From: Eledone cirrhosa
Taxonomy: Eukaryota
Direction: 5' to 3'
Length of the DNA stretch: 64,000 bases
Assembly: GCA_964016885.1 (NCBI GenBank)
Contig: OZ024745.1
Coordinates: 64,852,001-64,916,000, forward strand
Below, in pieces: positions 13,201 to 27,300 of this stretch. How positions within the stretch are numbered: the stretch's first letter is position 1; each line of letters begins with the position of its first letter. Made by a program: the position numbers and the translations under genes. A model generated the notes under the pieces. The model searched no databases. It had not been told where the DNA came from and saw only the letters and a list, made by a program, of their open reading frames with translations.

Positions 13201-15450
13201 GTGATCCATTTTTTACTTGGGGGATCCATTTTTTATTTGGGTGATCCATTTTTTATTTTGCTGATTCATTTTTTATTTGGGTGATCCATTTTTTATTTGG
13301 GGGATCCATTTTTTATTTGGGTGAACCATTTTTTATTTGGGAGATCCATTTTTTATTTGGGTGATCCATTTTTTATTTGGGTGATCCATTTTTTATTTGG
13401 GGGATCCATTTTTTATTTGGGTGATCCATTTTTTATTTGGGTGATCCATTTTTTATTTGGGTTGATCCCTTTTTTATTTGGGGGATCCATTTTTTATTTG
13501 GGTGATCCATTTTTTATTTCGGGGATCCATTTTTTATTTGGGGGATCCATTTTTTATTTGGTTGATCCATTTTTTATTAGGGGGATCCATTTTTTATTTG
13601 GGTGATCCATTTTAATTTGGAGATCCATTTTTTGTTTAGGTGATCCATTTTATAATTGGGTGATCCATTTTTTATTTGGGGGATCCATTTTTTATTTGGG
13701 GGATCCATTATTTATTTGGGTGATCCATTTTTTATTTGGGTGATCCATTTTTTATTTGGGTGATCCATTTTTTATTTGGGTGATCCATTTTTTATTTGGG
13801 TGATCCATTTTTTATTTGGGGGATCCATTTTTTATTTGGGTGATCCATTTTTTATTTGGGTGATCCATTTTTTATTTGAGGGATCCATTTTATATTTGGG
13901 TGATCCATTTTCTATTTGGGTGATCCATTTTTTATTTGGGGGATCCATTTTTTATTTGTGGGATCCATTTTTTATTTGGGGGATCCATTTTTTATTTCGG
14001 GGATCCATTTTTTATTTGGGTGATTCATTTTTTATTTGGGGGATCCATTTTTTATTTGGGTGATCCATTTTTTTTATTTGGGGGTCCATTTTTTATTTGG
14101 GTGATCCATTTTTTATTTGGATGATCCATTTTTTAATTGGGTGATCCATTTTTATTTGGGTGATCCATTTTTTACTTGGGGGATCCATTTTTTATTTGGG
14201 TGATCCATTTTTTATTTTGCTGATTCATTTTTTATTTGGGTGATCCATTTTTTATTTGGGGGATCCATTTTTTATTTGGGTGAACCATTTTTTATTTGGG
14301 AGATCCATTTTTTATTTGGGTGATCCATTTTTTATTTGGGTGATCCATTTTTTATTTGGGGGATCCATTTTTTATTTGGGTGATCCATTTTTTATTTGGG
14401 TGATCCATTTTTTATTTGGGGATCCATTTTTTATTTGGGTGATCCATTTTTTATTTGGGTGATCCATTTTTTATTTGAGGGATCCATTTTATATTTGGGT
14501 GATCCATTTTTTATTTGGGTGATCCATTTTTTATTTGGGGGATCCATTTTTTATTTGGGGGATCCATTTTTTATTTGGGGGATCCATTTTTTATTTCGGG
14601 GATCCATTTTTTATTTCGGGGATCCATTTTTTATTTGGGTGATTCATTTTTTATTTGGGGGATCCATTTTTTATTTGGGTGATCCATTTTTTTTATTTGG
14701 GGGTCCATTTTTTATTTGGGTGATCCATTTTTTATTTGGGTGATCCATTTTTTAATTGGGTGATCCATTTTTATTTGGGTGATCCATTTTTTACTTGGGG
14801 GATACATTTTTTATTTGGGTGATCCATTTTTTATTTTGCTGATTCATTTTTTATTTGGGTGATCCATTTTTTATTTGGGGGATCCATTTTTTATTTGGGT
14901 GAACCATTTTTTATTTGGGGGATCCATCTTTTATTTGGGTGATCCATTTTTTATTTGGGTGATCCATTTTTTATTTGGGGGATCCATTTTTTATTTGGGT
15001 GATCCATTTTTTATTTGGGTGATCCATTTTTTATTTGGGGGATCCATTTTTTATTTGGGGGATCCATTTTTTATTTGGGTGATCCATTTTTATTTGGAGA
15101 TCCATTTTGTATTTGGGTGATCCATTTTTTAATTGGGTGATCCATTTTTTATTTGGGTGATCCATTTTTTATTTGGGGGATCCATTTTTTATTTGGGTGA
15201 TCCATTTTTTATTTGGGTGGTCCATTTTTTATTTGGGTGATCCATTTTTTATTTGGGGGATCCATTTTTTATTTGGGTGATTCATTTTTTATTTGGGGAT
15301 CCATTTTTTATTTGGGTGATCCATTTTTTATTTGGGTGATCCATTTTTTATTTGGGGGATACATTTTTTATTTGGGTGATCCATTTTTTATTTGGGGGGT
15401 CCATTTTTTATTTGGGGGATCCATTTTTTATTTGGGTGATCAATTTTTTA
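3951..15450 (+). repeat. Tandem duplication, unit 5764 bp (~3951-9714 and ~9715-15450)
   Basis: 14 consecutive identical ORF translations at a constant offset of 5764 (4025/9789 through 9111/14875). Shared private variants include the double TTCGGGG at ~8831/14595 and GATAC at ~9037/14801. Confidence 0.93.
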
Positions 15451-18424
15451 ATTGGGTGATCCATTTTTTATTTGGGGGATCCATTTTTTATTTGGGTGAT
15501 CCATTTTTTAGTTGGGTGGTCCATTTTTTATTTGGGTGATCCATTTTTTATTTGGGGGATCCATTTTTTATTTGGGTGATCCATTTTTTATTTGGGGATC
15601 CATTTTTTATTTGGGTGATCCATTTTTTATTTGGGTGATCCATTTTTTATTTGGGGGATCCATTTTTTATTTGGGTGATCCATTTTTTATTTGGGGATCC
15701 ATTTTTTATTTGGGTGATCCATTTTTTATTTGGGTGATCCATTTTTTATTTGGGGGATCCATTTTTTATTTGGGTGATCCATTTTTTATTTGGGGGTGCA
15801 TTTTTTATTTGGGGGATCCATTTTTATTTGGGTGATCCATTTTTTATTTGGTGGATCCATTTTTTATTTGGGTGATCCATTTTTTATTTGGGTTGATCCC
15901 TTTTTTATTTGGGGGATCCATTTTTTATTTGGGTGATCCATTTTTTATTTGGGGGATCCATTTTTTATTTGGGGGATCCATTTTTTATTTGGTTGATCCA
16001 TTTTTTATTAGGGGGATCCATTTTTTATTTGGGTGATCCATTTTAATTTGGAGATCCATTTTTTGTTTAGGTGATCCATTTTATAATTGGGTGATCCATT
16101 TTTTATTTGGGGGATCCATTTTTTATTTGGGGGATCCATTATTTATTTGGGTGATCCATTTTTTATTTGGGTGATCCATTTTTTATTTGGGTGATCCATT
16201 TTTTATTTGGGTGATCCATTTTTTATTTGGGTGATCCATTTTTTATTTGGGGGATCCATTTTTTATTTGGGTGATCCATTCTTTATTTGGGTGATCCATT
16301 TTTTATTTGAGGGATCCATTTTATATTTGGGTGATCCATTTTTTATTTGGGTGATCCATTTTTTATTTGGGGGATCCATTTTTTATTTGGGGGATCCATT
16401 TTTTATTTGGGGGATCCATTTTTTATTTGGGGGATCCATTTTTTATTTCGGGGATCCATTTTTTATTTGGGTGATTCATTTTTTATTTGGGGGATCCATT
16501 TTTTATTTGGGTGATCCATTTTTTTTATTTGGGGGTCCATTTTATATTTGGGTGATCCATTTTTTATTTGGATGATCCATTTTTTAATTGGGTGATCCAT
16601 TTTTATTTGGGTGATCCATTTTTTACTTGGGGGATCCATTTTTTATTTGGGTGATCCATTTTTTATTTTGCTGATTCATTTTTTATTTGGGTGATCCATT
16701 TTTTATTTGGGGGATCCATTTTTTATTTGGGTGAACCATTTTTTATTTGGGAGATCCATTTTTTATTTGGGTGATCCATTTTTTATTTGGGGGATCCATT
16801 TTTTATTTGGGTGATCCATTTTTTATTTGGGTGATCCATTTTTTATTTGGGGGATCCATTTTTTATTTGGGGGATCCATTTTTTATTTGGGTGATCCATT
16901 TTTATTTGGAGATCCATTTTGTATTTGGGTGATCCATTTTTTAATAGGGTGATCCATTTTTTATTTGGGTGATCCATTTTTTATTAGGGGGATCCTTTTT
17001 TTATTTGGGTGATCCATTTTTTATTTGGGTGGTCCATTTTTTATTTGGGTGATCCATTTTTTATTTGGGGGATCCATTTTTTATTTGGGTGATCCATTTT
17101 TCATTTGGGGATCCATTTTTTATTTGGGTGATCCATTTTTTATTTGGGTGATCCATTTTTTATTTGGGGGATACATTTTTTATTTGGGTGATCCATTTTT
17201 TATTTGGGGGGGTCCATTTTTTATTTGGGGGATCCATTTTTATTTGGGTGATCCATTTTTTATTTGGGGGATCCATTTTTTATTTGGGTGATCCCTTTTT
17301 TATTTGGGGGATCCATTTTTTATTTGGGTGATCCATTTTTTATTTGGGGGATCCATTTTTTATTGGGGGGATTCATTTTTTATTTGGGTGATCCATTTTT
17401 TATTAGGGGGATCCATTTTTTATTTGGGTGATCCATTTTTATTTGGAGATCCATTTTTTATTTAGGTGATCCATTTTATAATTGGTTGATCCATTTTTTA
17501 TTTGGGGGATCCATTTTTTATTTGGGGGATCCATTATTTATTTGGGTGATCCATTTTTTATTTGGGTGATCCATTTTTTATTTGGGTGATCCATTTTTTA
17601 TTTGGGTGATCCATTTTTTATTTGGGTGATCCATTTTTTATTTGGGGGATCCATTTTTTATTTGGGTGATCCATTTTTTATTTGGGGGATCCATTTTTTA
17701 TTTGGGTGATCCATTTTTTATTTGGGGGATCCATTTTTTATTTCGGGGATTCATTTTTTATTTGGGTGATTCATTTTTTATTTGGGGGATCCATTTTTTA
17801 TTTTGGGTGATCCATTTTTTATTAGGGGGATCCATTTTTTATTTGGGTGATCCATTTTTATTTGTAGATCCATTTTTTATTTGGGTGATCCATTTTTTAA
17901 TTGGATGATCCATTTTTTATTTGGGGGATCCATTTTTTATTTGGGGGATCCATTATTTATTTGGGTGATCCATTTTTTATTTGGGTGATCCATTTTTTAT
18001 TCGGGGGATCCATTTTTTATTTGGGTGATCCATTTTTTATTTGGGTGATCCATTTTTTAATTGGGGATCCATTTTTTATTTAGTTGATCCATTTTTTAAT
18101 TGGGTGATCCATTCTTTATTTGGGGGTCCATTTTATATTTGGGGGATCCATTTTTATTTGGGTGATCCATTTTTTATTTGGGTGATCCATTTTTTATTTG
18201 GGTGATCCATTTTTTATTTGGGTTGATCCCTTTTTTATTTGGGGGATCCATTTTTTATTTGGGTGATCCATTTTTTATTTGGGGGATCCATTTTTTATTT
18301 GGGGGATCCATTTTTTATTTGGTTGATCCATTTTTTATTAGGGGGATCCATTTTTTATTTGGGTGATCCATTTTAATTTGGAGATCCATTTTTTGTTTAG
18401 GTGATCCATTTTATAATTGGGTGA

Positions 18425-21025
18425 TCCATTTTTTATTTGGGGGATCCATTTTTTATTTGGGGGATCCATTTTTTATTTGGGTGATCCATTTTTTATTTTG
18501 CTGATTCATTTTTTATTTGGGTGATCCATTTTTTATTTGGGGGTCCATTTTTTATTTGGGTGATCCATTTTTTATTTGGGTGATCCATTTTTTAATTAGG
18601 TGATCCATCTTTATTTGGGTGATCCATTTTTTACTTGGGGGATCCATTTTTTATTTGGGTGATCCATTTTTTATTTTGATGATTCATTTTTTATTTGGGT
18701 GATCCATTTTTTATTTGGGGGATCCATTTTTTATTTGGATGAACCATTTTTTATTTGGGGGATCCATCTTTTATTTGGGTGATCCATTTTTTATTTGGGT
18801 GATCCATTTTTTATTTGGGGGATCCATTTTTTATTTGGGTGATCCATTTTTTATTTGGGTGATCCATTTTTTATTTGGGGGATCCATTTTTTATTTGGGG
18901 GATCCATTTTTTATTTGGGTGATCCATTTTTATTTGGAGATCCATTTTGTATTTGGGTGATCCATTTTTTAATTGGGTGATCCATTTTTTATTTGGGTGA
19001 TCCATTTTTTATTTGGGGGATCCATTTTTTATTTGGGTGATCCATTTTTTATTTGGGTGGTCCATTTTTTATTTGGGTGATCCATTTTTTATTTGGGGGA
19101 TCCATTTTTTATTTGGGTGATCCATTTTTTATTTGGGGATCCATTTTTTATTTGGGTGATCCATTTTTTATTTGGGTGATCAATTTTTTATTTGGGGGAT
19201 ACATTTTTTATTTGGGTGATCCATTTTTTATTTGGGGGGTCCATTTTTTATTTGGGGGATCCATTTTTTATTTGGGTGATCAATTTTTTAATTGGGTGAT
19301 CTATTTTTTATTTAGGGGATCCATTTTTTATTTGGGTGATCCATTTTTTAGTTGGGTGGTCCATTTTTTATTTGGGTGATCCATTTTTTATTTGGGGGAT
19401 CCATTTTTTATTTGGGTGATCCATTTTTTATTTGGGGATCCATTTTTTATTTGGGTGATCCATTTTTTATTTGGGTGATCCATTTTTTATTTGGGGGATC
19501 CATTTTTTATTTGGGTGATCCATTTTTTATTTGGGGATCCATTTTTTATTTGGGTGATCCATTTTTTATTTGGGTGATCCATTTTTTATTTGGGGGATCC
19601 ATTTTTTATTTGGGTGATCCATTTTTTATTTGGGGGATCCATTTTTTATTTGGGGGATCCATTTTTTATTTGGGTGATCAATTTTTTAATTGGGTGATCC
19701 ATTTTTTATTTGGGGGATCCATTTTTTATTTGGGGGATCCATTTTTTATTTGGGGGATCCATTTTTTATTTGGGTGATCCATTTTTTATTTTGCTGATTC
19801 ATTTTTTATTTGGGTGATCCATTTTTTATTTGGGGGTCCATTTTTTATTTGGGTGATCCATTTTTTATTTGGGTGATCCATTTTTTAATTAGGTGATCCA
19901 TCTTTATTTGGGTGATCCATTTTTTACTTGGGGGATCCATTTTTTATTTGGGTGATCCATTTTTTATTTTGATGATTCATTTTTTATTTGGGTGATCCAT
20001 TTTTTATTTGGGGGATCCATTTTTTATTTGGATGAACCATTTTTTATTTGGGGGATCCATCTTTTATTTGGGTGATCCATTTTTTATTTGGGTGATCCAT
20101 TTTTTATTTGGGGGATCCATTTTTTATTTGGGTGATCCATTTTTTATTTGGGTGATCCATTTTTTATTTGGGGGATCCATTTTTTATTTGGGGGATCCAT
20201 TTTTTATTTGGGTGATCCATTTTTATTTGGAGATCCATTTTGTATTTGGGTGATCCATTTTTTAATTGGGTGATCCATTTTTTATTTGGGTGATCCATTT
20301 TTTATTTGGGGGATCCATTTTTTATTTGGGTGATCCATTTTTTATTTGGGTGGTCCATTTTTTATTTGGGTGATCCATTTTTTATTTGGGGGATCCATTT
20401 TTTATTTGGGTGATCCATTTTTTATTTGGGGATCCATTTTTTATTTGGGTGATCCATTTTTTATTTGGGTGATCAATTTTTTATTTGGGGGATACATTTT
20501 TTATTTGGGTGATCCATTTTTTATTTGGGGGGTCCATTTTTTATTTGGGGGATCCATTTTTTATTTGGGTGATCAATTTTTTAATTGGGTGATCTATTTT
20601 TTATTTAGGGGATCCATTTTTTATTTGGGTGATCCATTTTTTAGTTGGGTGGTCCATTTTTTATTTGGGTGATCCATTTTTTATTTGGGGGATCCATTTT
20701 TTATTTGGGTGATCCATTTTTTATTTGGGGATCCATTTTTTATTTGGGTGATCCATTTTTTATTTGGGTGATCCATTTTTTATTTGGGGGATCCATTTTT
20801 TATTTGGGTGATCCATTTTTTATTTGGGGATCCATTTTTTATTTGGGTGATCCATTTTTTATTTGGGTGATCCATTTTTTATTTGGGGGATCCATTTTTT
20901 ATTTGGGTGATCCATTTTTTATTTGGGGGATCCATTTTTTATTTGGGGGATCCATTTTTTATTTGGGTGATCAATTTTTTAATTGGGTGATCCATTTTTT
21001 ATTTGGGGGATCCATTTTTTATTTG
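18425..21025 (+). repeat. Tandem duplication, unit 1293 bp
   Basis: ORFs 18715/20008, 19053/20346 and 19352/20645 match. TTTTGCTGATTC occurs at ~18500/19793, and a private TTTAGGGGATCC variant is present in both copies. Confidence 0.88.
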
Positions 21026-24000
21026 GGTGATCCATTTTTTAGTTGGGTGGTCCATTTTTTATTTGGGTGATCCATTTTTATTTGGGTGATCCATTTTTTA
21101 TTTGGGGGATCCATTTTTTACTAGGGGGATCCATTTTTTATTTGGGTTGATCCCTTTTTTATTTGGGGGATCCATTTTTTATTTGGGTGATCCATTTTTT
21201 ATTTGGGGGATCCATTTTTTATTTGGGGGATCCATTTTTTATTTGGTTGATCCATTTTTTATTAGGGGGATCCATTTTTTATTTGGGTGATCCATTTTAA
21301 TTTGGAGATCCATTTTTTGTTTAGGTGATCCATTTTATAATTGGGTGATCCATTTTTTATTTGGGGTATCCATTTTTTATTTGGGGGATCCATTATTTAT
21401 TTGGGTGATCCATTTTTTATTTGGGTGATCCATTTTTTATTTGGGTGATCCATTTTTTATTTGGGTGATCCATTTTTTATTTGGGTGATCCATTTTTTAT
21501 TTGGGGGATCCATTTTTTATTTGGGTGATCCATTTTTTATTTGGGTGATCCATTTTTTATTTGAGGGATCCATTTTATATTTGGGTGATCCATTTTCTAT
21601 TTGGGTGATCCATTATTTATTTGGGGGATCCATTTTTTATTTGTGGGATCCATTTTTTATTTGGGGGATCCATTTTTTATTTCGGGGATCCATTTTTTAT
21701 TTGGGTGATTCATTTTTTATTTGGGGGATCCATTTTTTATTTGGGTGATCCATTTTTTTTATTTGGGGGTCCATTTTTTATTTGGGTGATCCATTTTTTA
21801 TTTGGATGATCCATTTTTTAATTGGGTGATCCATTTTTATTTGGGTGATCCATTTTTTACTTGGGGGATCCATTTTTTATTTGGGTGATCCATTTTTTAT
21901 TTTGCTGATTCATTTTTTATTTGGGTGATCCATTTTTTATTTGGGGGATCCATTTTTTATTTGGGTGAACCATTTTTTATTTGGGAGATCCATTTTTTAT
22001 TTGGGTGATCCATTTTTTATTTGGGTGATCCATTTTTTATTTGGGGGATCCATTTTTTATTTGGGTGATCCATTTTTTATTTGGGTGATCCATTTTTTAT
22101 TTGGGGGATCCATTTTTTATTTGGGTGATCCATTTTTTATTTGGGTGATCCATTTTTTATTTGAGGGATCTATTTTATATTTGGGTGATCCATTTTTTAT
22201 TTGGGTGATCCATTTTTTATTTGGGGGATCCATTTTTTATTTGGGGGATCCATTTTTTATTTGGGGGATCCATTTTTTATTTGGGGGATCCATTTTTTAT
22301 TTCGGGGATCCATTTTTTATTTGGGTGATTCATTTTTTATTTGGGGGATCCATTTTTTATTTGGGTGATCCATTTTTTTTATTTGGGGGTCCATTTTTTA
22401 TTTGGGTGATCCATTTTTTATTTGGGTGATCCATTTTTTAATTGGGTGATCCATTTTTATTTGGGTGATCCATTTTTTACTTGGGGGATCCATTTTTTAT
22501 TTGGGTGATCCATTTTTTATTTTGCTGATTCATTTTTTATTTGGGTGATCCATTTTTTATTTGGGGGATCCATTTTTTATTTGGGTGAACCATTTTTTAT
22601 TTGGGGGATCCATCTTTTATTTGGGTGATCCATTTTTTATTTGGGTGATCCATTTTTTATTTGGGGGATCCATTTTTTATTTGGGTGATCCATTTTTTAT
22701 TTGGGTGATCCATTTTTTATTTGGGGGATCCATTTTTTATTTGGGGGATCCATTTTTTATTTGGGTGATCCATTTTTTATTTGGGGGATCCATTTTGTAT
22801 TTGGGTGATCCATTTTTTATTTGGGTGATCCATTTTTTATTTGTGGGATCCATTTTTTATTTGGGTGATCCATTTTTTATTTGGGGGATCCTTTTTTTAT
22901 TTGGGTGATCCATTTTTTATTTGGGTGATCCATTTTTTATTTGGGGGATCCATTTTTTATTTGGGTGATCCATTTTTTATTTGGGTGATCCATTTTTTAT
23001 TTGGGGGATCCATTTTTTATTTGGGTGATCCATTTTTTATTTGGGGGATCCATTTTTTATTTGGGGGATCCATTTTTTATTTGGGTGATCCATTTTTTAT
23101 ATGGGTGATCCATTTTTTATTTGGGGGGATCCATTTTTAATTTGGGTGATCCATTTTTTATTTGGGGGATCCATTTTTTATTTGGGTGATCCATATTTTA
23201 TTTGGGGGATCCATTTTTTATTTGGGTGATCCATTTTTTATTTGGGTGATCCATTTTTTAATTGGGTGATCCATTTTTTATTTGGGGTATCCATTTTTTA
23301 TTTGGGTGATCCATTTTTTAGTTGGGTGGTCCATTTTTTATTTGGGTGATCCATTTTTTATTTTGGGGATCCATTTTTTATTTGGGTGATCCATTTTTTA
23401 TTTGGGGATCCATTTTTTATTTGGGTGATCCATTTTTTATTTGGGTGATCCATTTTTTATTTGGGGGATCCATTTTTTATTTGGGTGATTCATTTTTTAT
23501 TTGGGGGGTCCATTTTTTATTTGGGGGATCCATTTTTATTTGGGTGATCCATTTTTTATTTGGGGGATCCATTTTTTATTTGGGTGATCCATTTTTTATT
23601 TGGGTTGATCCCTTTTTTATTTGGGGGATCCATTTTTTATTTGGGTGATCCATTTTTTATTTGGGGGATCCATTTTTTATTTGGGTGATCCATTTTTTAT
23701 TTGAGGGATCCATTTTATATTTGGGTGATCCATTTTTTATTTGGGGGATCCATTATTTATTTGGGTGATCCATTTTTTATTTGGGTGATCCATTTTTTAT
23801 TTGGGTGATCCATTTTTTATTTGGGTGATCCATTTTTTATTTGGGTGATACATTTTTTATTTGGGGGATCCATTTTTTATTTGGGTGATCCATTTTTTAT
23901 TTGGGTGATCCATTTTTTATTTGAGGGATCCATTTTATATTTGGGTGATCCATTTTTTATTTGGGTGATCCATTTTTTATTTGGGGGATCCATTTTTTAT

Positions 24001-24304
24001 TTGGGGGATCCATTTTTTATTTGGGGGATCCATTTTTTATTTGGGGGATCCATTTTTTATTTCGGGGATCCATTTTTTATTTGGGTGATTCATTTTTTAT
24101 TTGGGGGATCCATTTTTTATTTGGGTGATCCATTTTTTTAATTTGGGGGTCCATTTTTTATTTGGGTGATCCATTTTTTATTTGGGTGATCCATTTTTTA
24201 ATTGGGTGATCCATTTTTATTTGGGTGATCCATTTTTTACTTGGGGGATCCATTTTTTATTTGGGTGATCCATTTTTTATTTTGCTGATTCATTTTTTAT
24301 TTGG

Positions 24305-27300
24305 GTGATCCATTTTTTATTTGGGGGATCCATTTTTTATTTGGGTGAACCATTTTTTATTTGGGGGATCCATTTTTTATTTGGGTGATCCATTTTTTAT
24401 TTGGGTGATCCATTTTTTATTTGGGGGATCCATTTTTTATTTGGGTGATCCATTTTTTATTTGGGTGATCCATTTTTTATTTGGGGGATCCATTTTTTAT
24501 TTGGGGGATCCATTTTTTATTTGGGTGATCCATTTTTATTTGGAGATCCATTTTGTATTTGGGTGATCCATTTTTTAATTGGGTGATCCATTTTTTATTT
24601 GGGTGATCCATTTTTTATTTGGGGGATCCATTTTTTATTTGGGTGATCCATTTTTTATTTGGGTGGTCCATTTTTTATTTGGGTGATCCATTTTTTATTT
24701 GGGGGATCCATTTTTTATTTGGGTGATCCATTTTTTATTTGGGGATCCATTTTTTATTTGGGTGATCCATTTTTTATTTGGTTGATCCATTTTTTATTTG
24801 GGGGATACATTTTTTATTTGGGTGATCCATTTTTTATTTGGGGGGACCATTTTTTATTTGGGGGATCCATTTTTATTTGGGTGATCCATTTTTTATTTGG
24901 GGGATCCATTTTTTATTTGGGTGATCCCTTTTTTATTTGGGGGATCCATTTTTTATTTGGGTGATCCATTTTTTATTTGGGGGATCCATTTTTTATTTGG
25001 GGGATTCATTTTTTATTTGGGTGATCCATTTTTTATTAGGGGGATCCATTTTTTATTTGGGTGATCCATTTTTATTTGGAGATCCATTTTTTATTTAGGT
25101 GATCCATTTTATAATTGGGTGATCCATTTTTTATTTGGGGGATCCATTTTCTATTTGGAGGATCCATTATTTATTTGGGTGATCCATTTTTTATTTGGGT
25201 GATCCATTTTTTATTTGGGTGATCCATTTTTTATTTGGGTTGATCCCTTTTTTATTTGGGGGATCCATTTTTTATTTGGGTGATCCATTTTTTATTTTGG
25301 GGATCCATTTTTTATTTGGGTGATCCATTTTTTATTTGGGTGATCCATTTTTTATTTGGGGGATCCATTTTTTATTTGGGTGATCCATTTTTTATTTGGG
25401 TGATCCGTTTTTTATTTGAGGGACCCATTTTATATTTGGGTGATCCATTTTTTATTTGGGTGATCCATTTTTTATTTGGGGGATCCATTTTTTATTTGGG
25501 GGATCCATCTTTTATTTGGGGGATCCATTTTTTATTTGGGGGATCCATTTTTTATTTCGGGGATCCATTTTTTATTTGGGTGATTCATTTTTTATTTGGG
25601 GGATCCATTTTTTATTTGGGTGATCCATTTTTTTTATTTTGGGGTCCATTTTTTATTTGGGTGATCCATTTTTTATTTGGGTGATCCATTTTTTAATTGG
25701 GTGATCCATTTTTATTTGGGTGATCCATTTTTTACTTGGGGGATCCATTTTTTATTTGGGTGATCCATTTTTTATTTTGCTGATTCATTTTTTATTTGGG
25801 TGATCCATTTTTTATTTGGAGGATCCATTTTTTATTTGGGTGAACCATTTTTTATTTGGGGGATCCATTTTTTATTTGGGTGATCCATTTTTTATTTGGG
25901 TGATCCATTTTTTATTTGGGGGATCCATGTTTTATTTGGGTGATCCATTTTTTATTTGGGTCATCCATTTTTTATTTGGGGGATCCATTTTTTATTTGGG
26001 GGGTCCATTTTTTATTTGGGTGATCCATTTTTATTTGGAGATCCATTTTGTATTTGGGTGATCCATTTTGTATTTGGGGGATCCATTTTTTAATTGGGTG
26101 ATCCATTTTTTATTTGGGGGATCCATTTTTTATTTGGGGGATCCATTTTTTATTTGGGGGATCCATTGTTTATTTGGGTGATCCATTTTTTATTTGGGTG
26201 ATCCATTTTTTATTTGGGGGATCCATTTTTTATTTGGGTGATCCATTTTTTATTTGGGTGATCCATTTTTTATTTGGGTGATCCATTTTTTATTTGTGGG
26301 ATCCATTTTTTATTTGGGTGATCCATTTTTTATTTGGGGGATCCTTTTTTTATTTGGGTGATCGATTTTTTATTTGGGTGATCCATTTTTTATTTGGGGG
26401 ATCCATTTTTTATTTGGGTGATCCATTTTTTATTTGGGTGATACATTTTTTATTTGGGGGATCCATTTTTTATTTGGGTGATCCATTTTTTATTTGGGGG
26501 ATCCATTTTTTATTTGGGGGATCCATTTTTTATTTGGGTGATCCATTTTTTATTTGGGTGATCCATTTTTTATTTGGGGGGATCCATTTTTTATTTGGGT
26601 GATCCATTTTTTATTTGGGGGATCCATTTTTTATTTGGGTGATCCATTTTTTATTTGGGGGATCCATTTTTTATTTGGGTGATCCATTTTTTATTTGGGT
26701 GATCCATTTTTTAATTGGGTGATCCATTTTTTATTTGGGGGATCCATTTTTTATTTGGGTGATCCATTTTTTAGTTGGGTGGTCCATTTTTTATTTGGGT
26801 GATCCATTTTTTATTTGGGGGATCCATTTTTTATTTGGGTGATCCATTTTTTATTTGGGGATCCATTTTTTATTTGGGTGATCCATTTTTTATTTGGGTG
26901 ACCATTTTTTATTTGGGGGATTCATTTTTTATTTGGGTGATTCATTTTTTATTTGGGGGGTCCATTTTTTATTTGGGGGATCCATTTTTATTTGGGTGAT
27001 CCATTTTTTATTTGGGGGATCCATTTTTTATTTGGGTGATCCATTTTTTATTTGGGTTGATCCCTTTTTTATTTGGGTGATCCATTTTTTATTTGAGGGA
27101 TCCATTTTATATTTGGGTGATCCATTTTTTATTTGGGTGATCCATTTTTTATTTGGGGGATCCATTTTTTATTTGGGGGATCCATTTTTTATTTGGGGGA
27201 TCCATTTTTTATTTGGGGGATCCATTTTTTATTTCGGGGATCCATTTTTTATTTGGGTGATTCATTTTTTATTTGGGGGATCCATTTTTTATTTGGGTGA

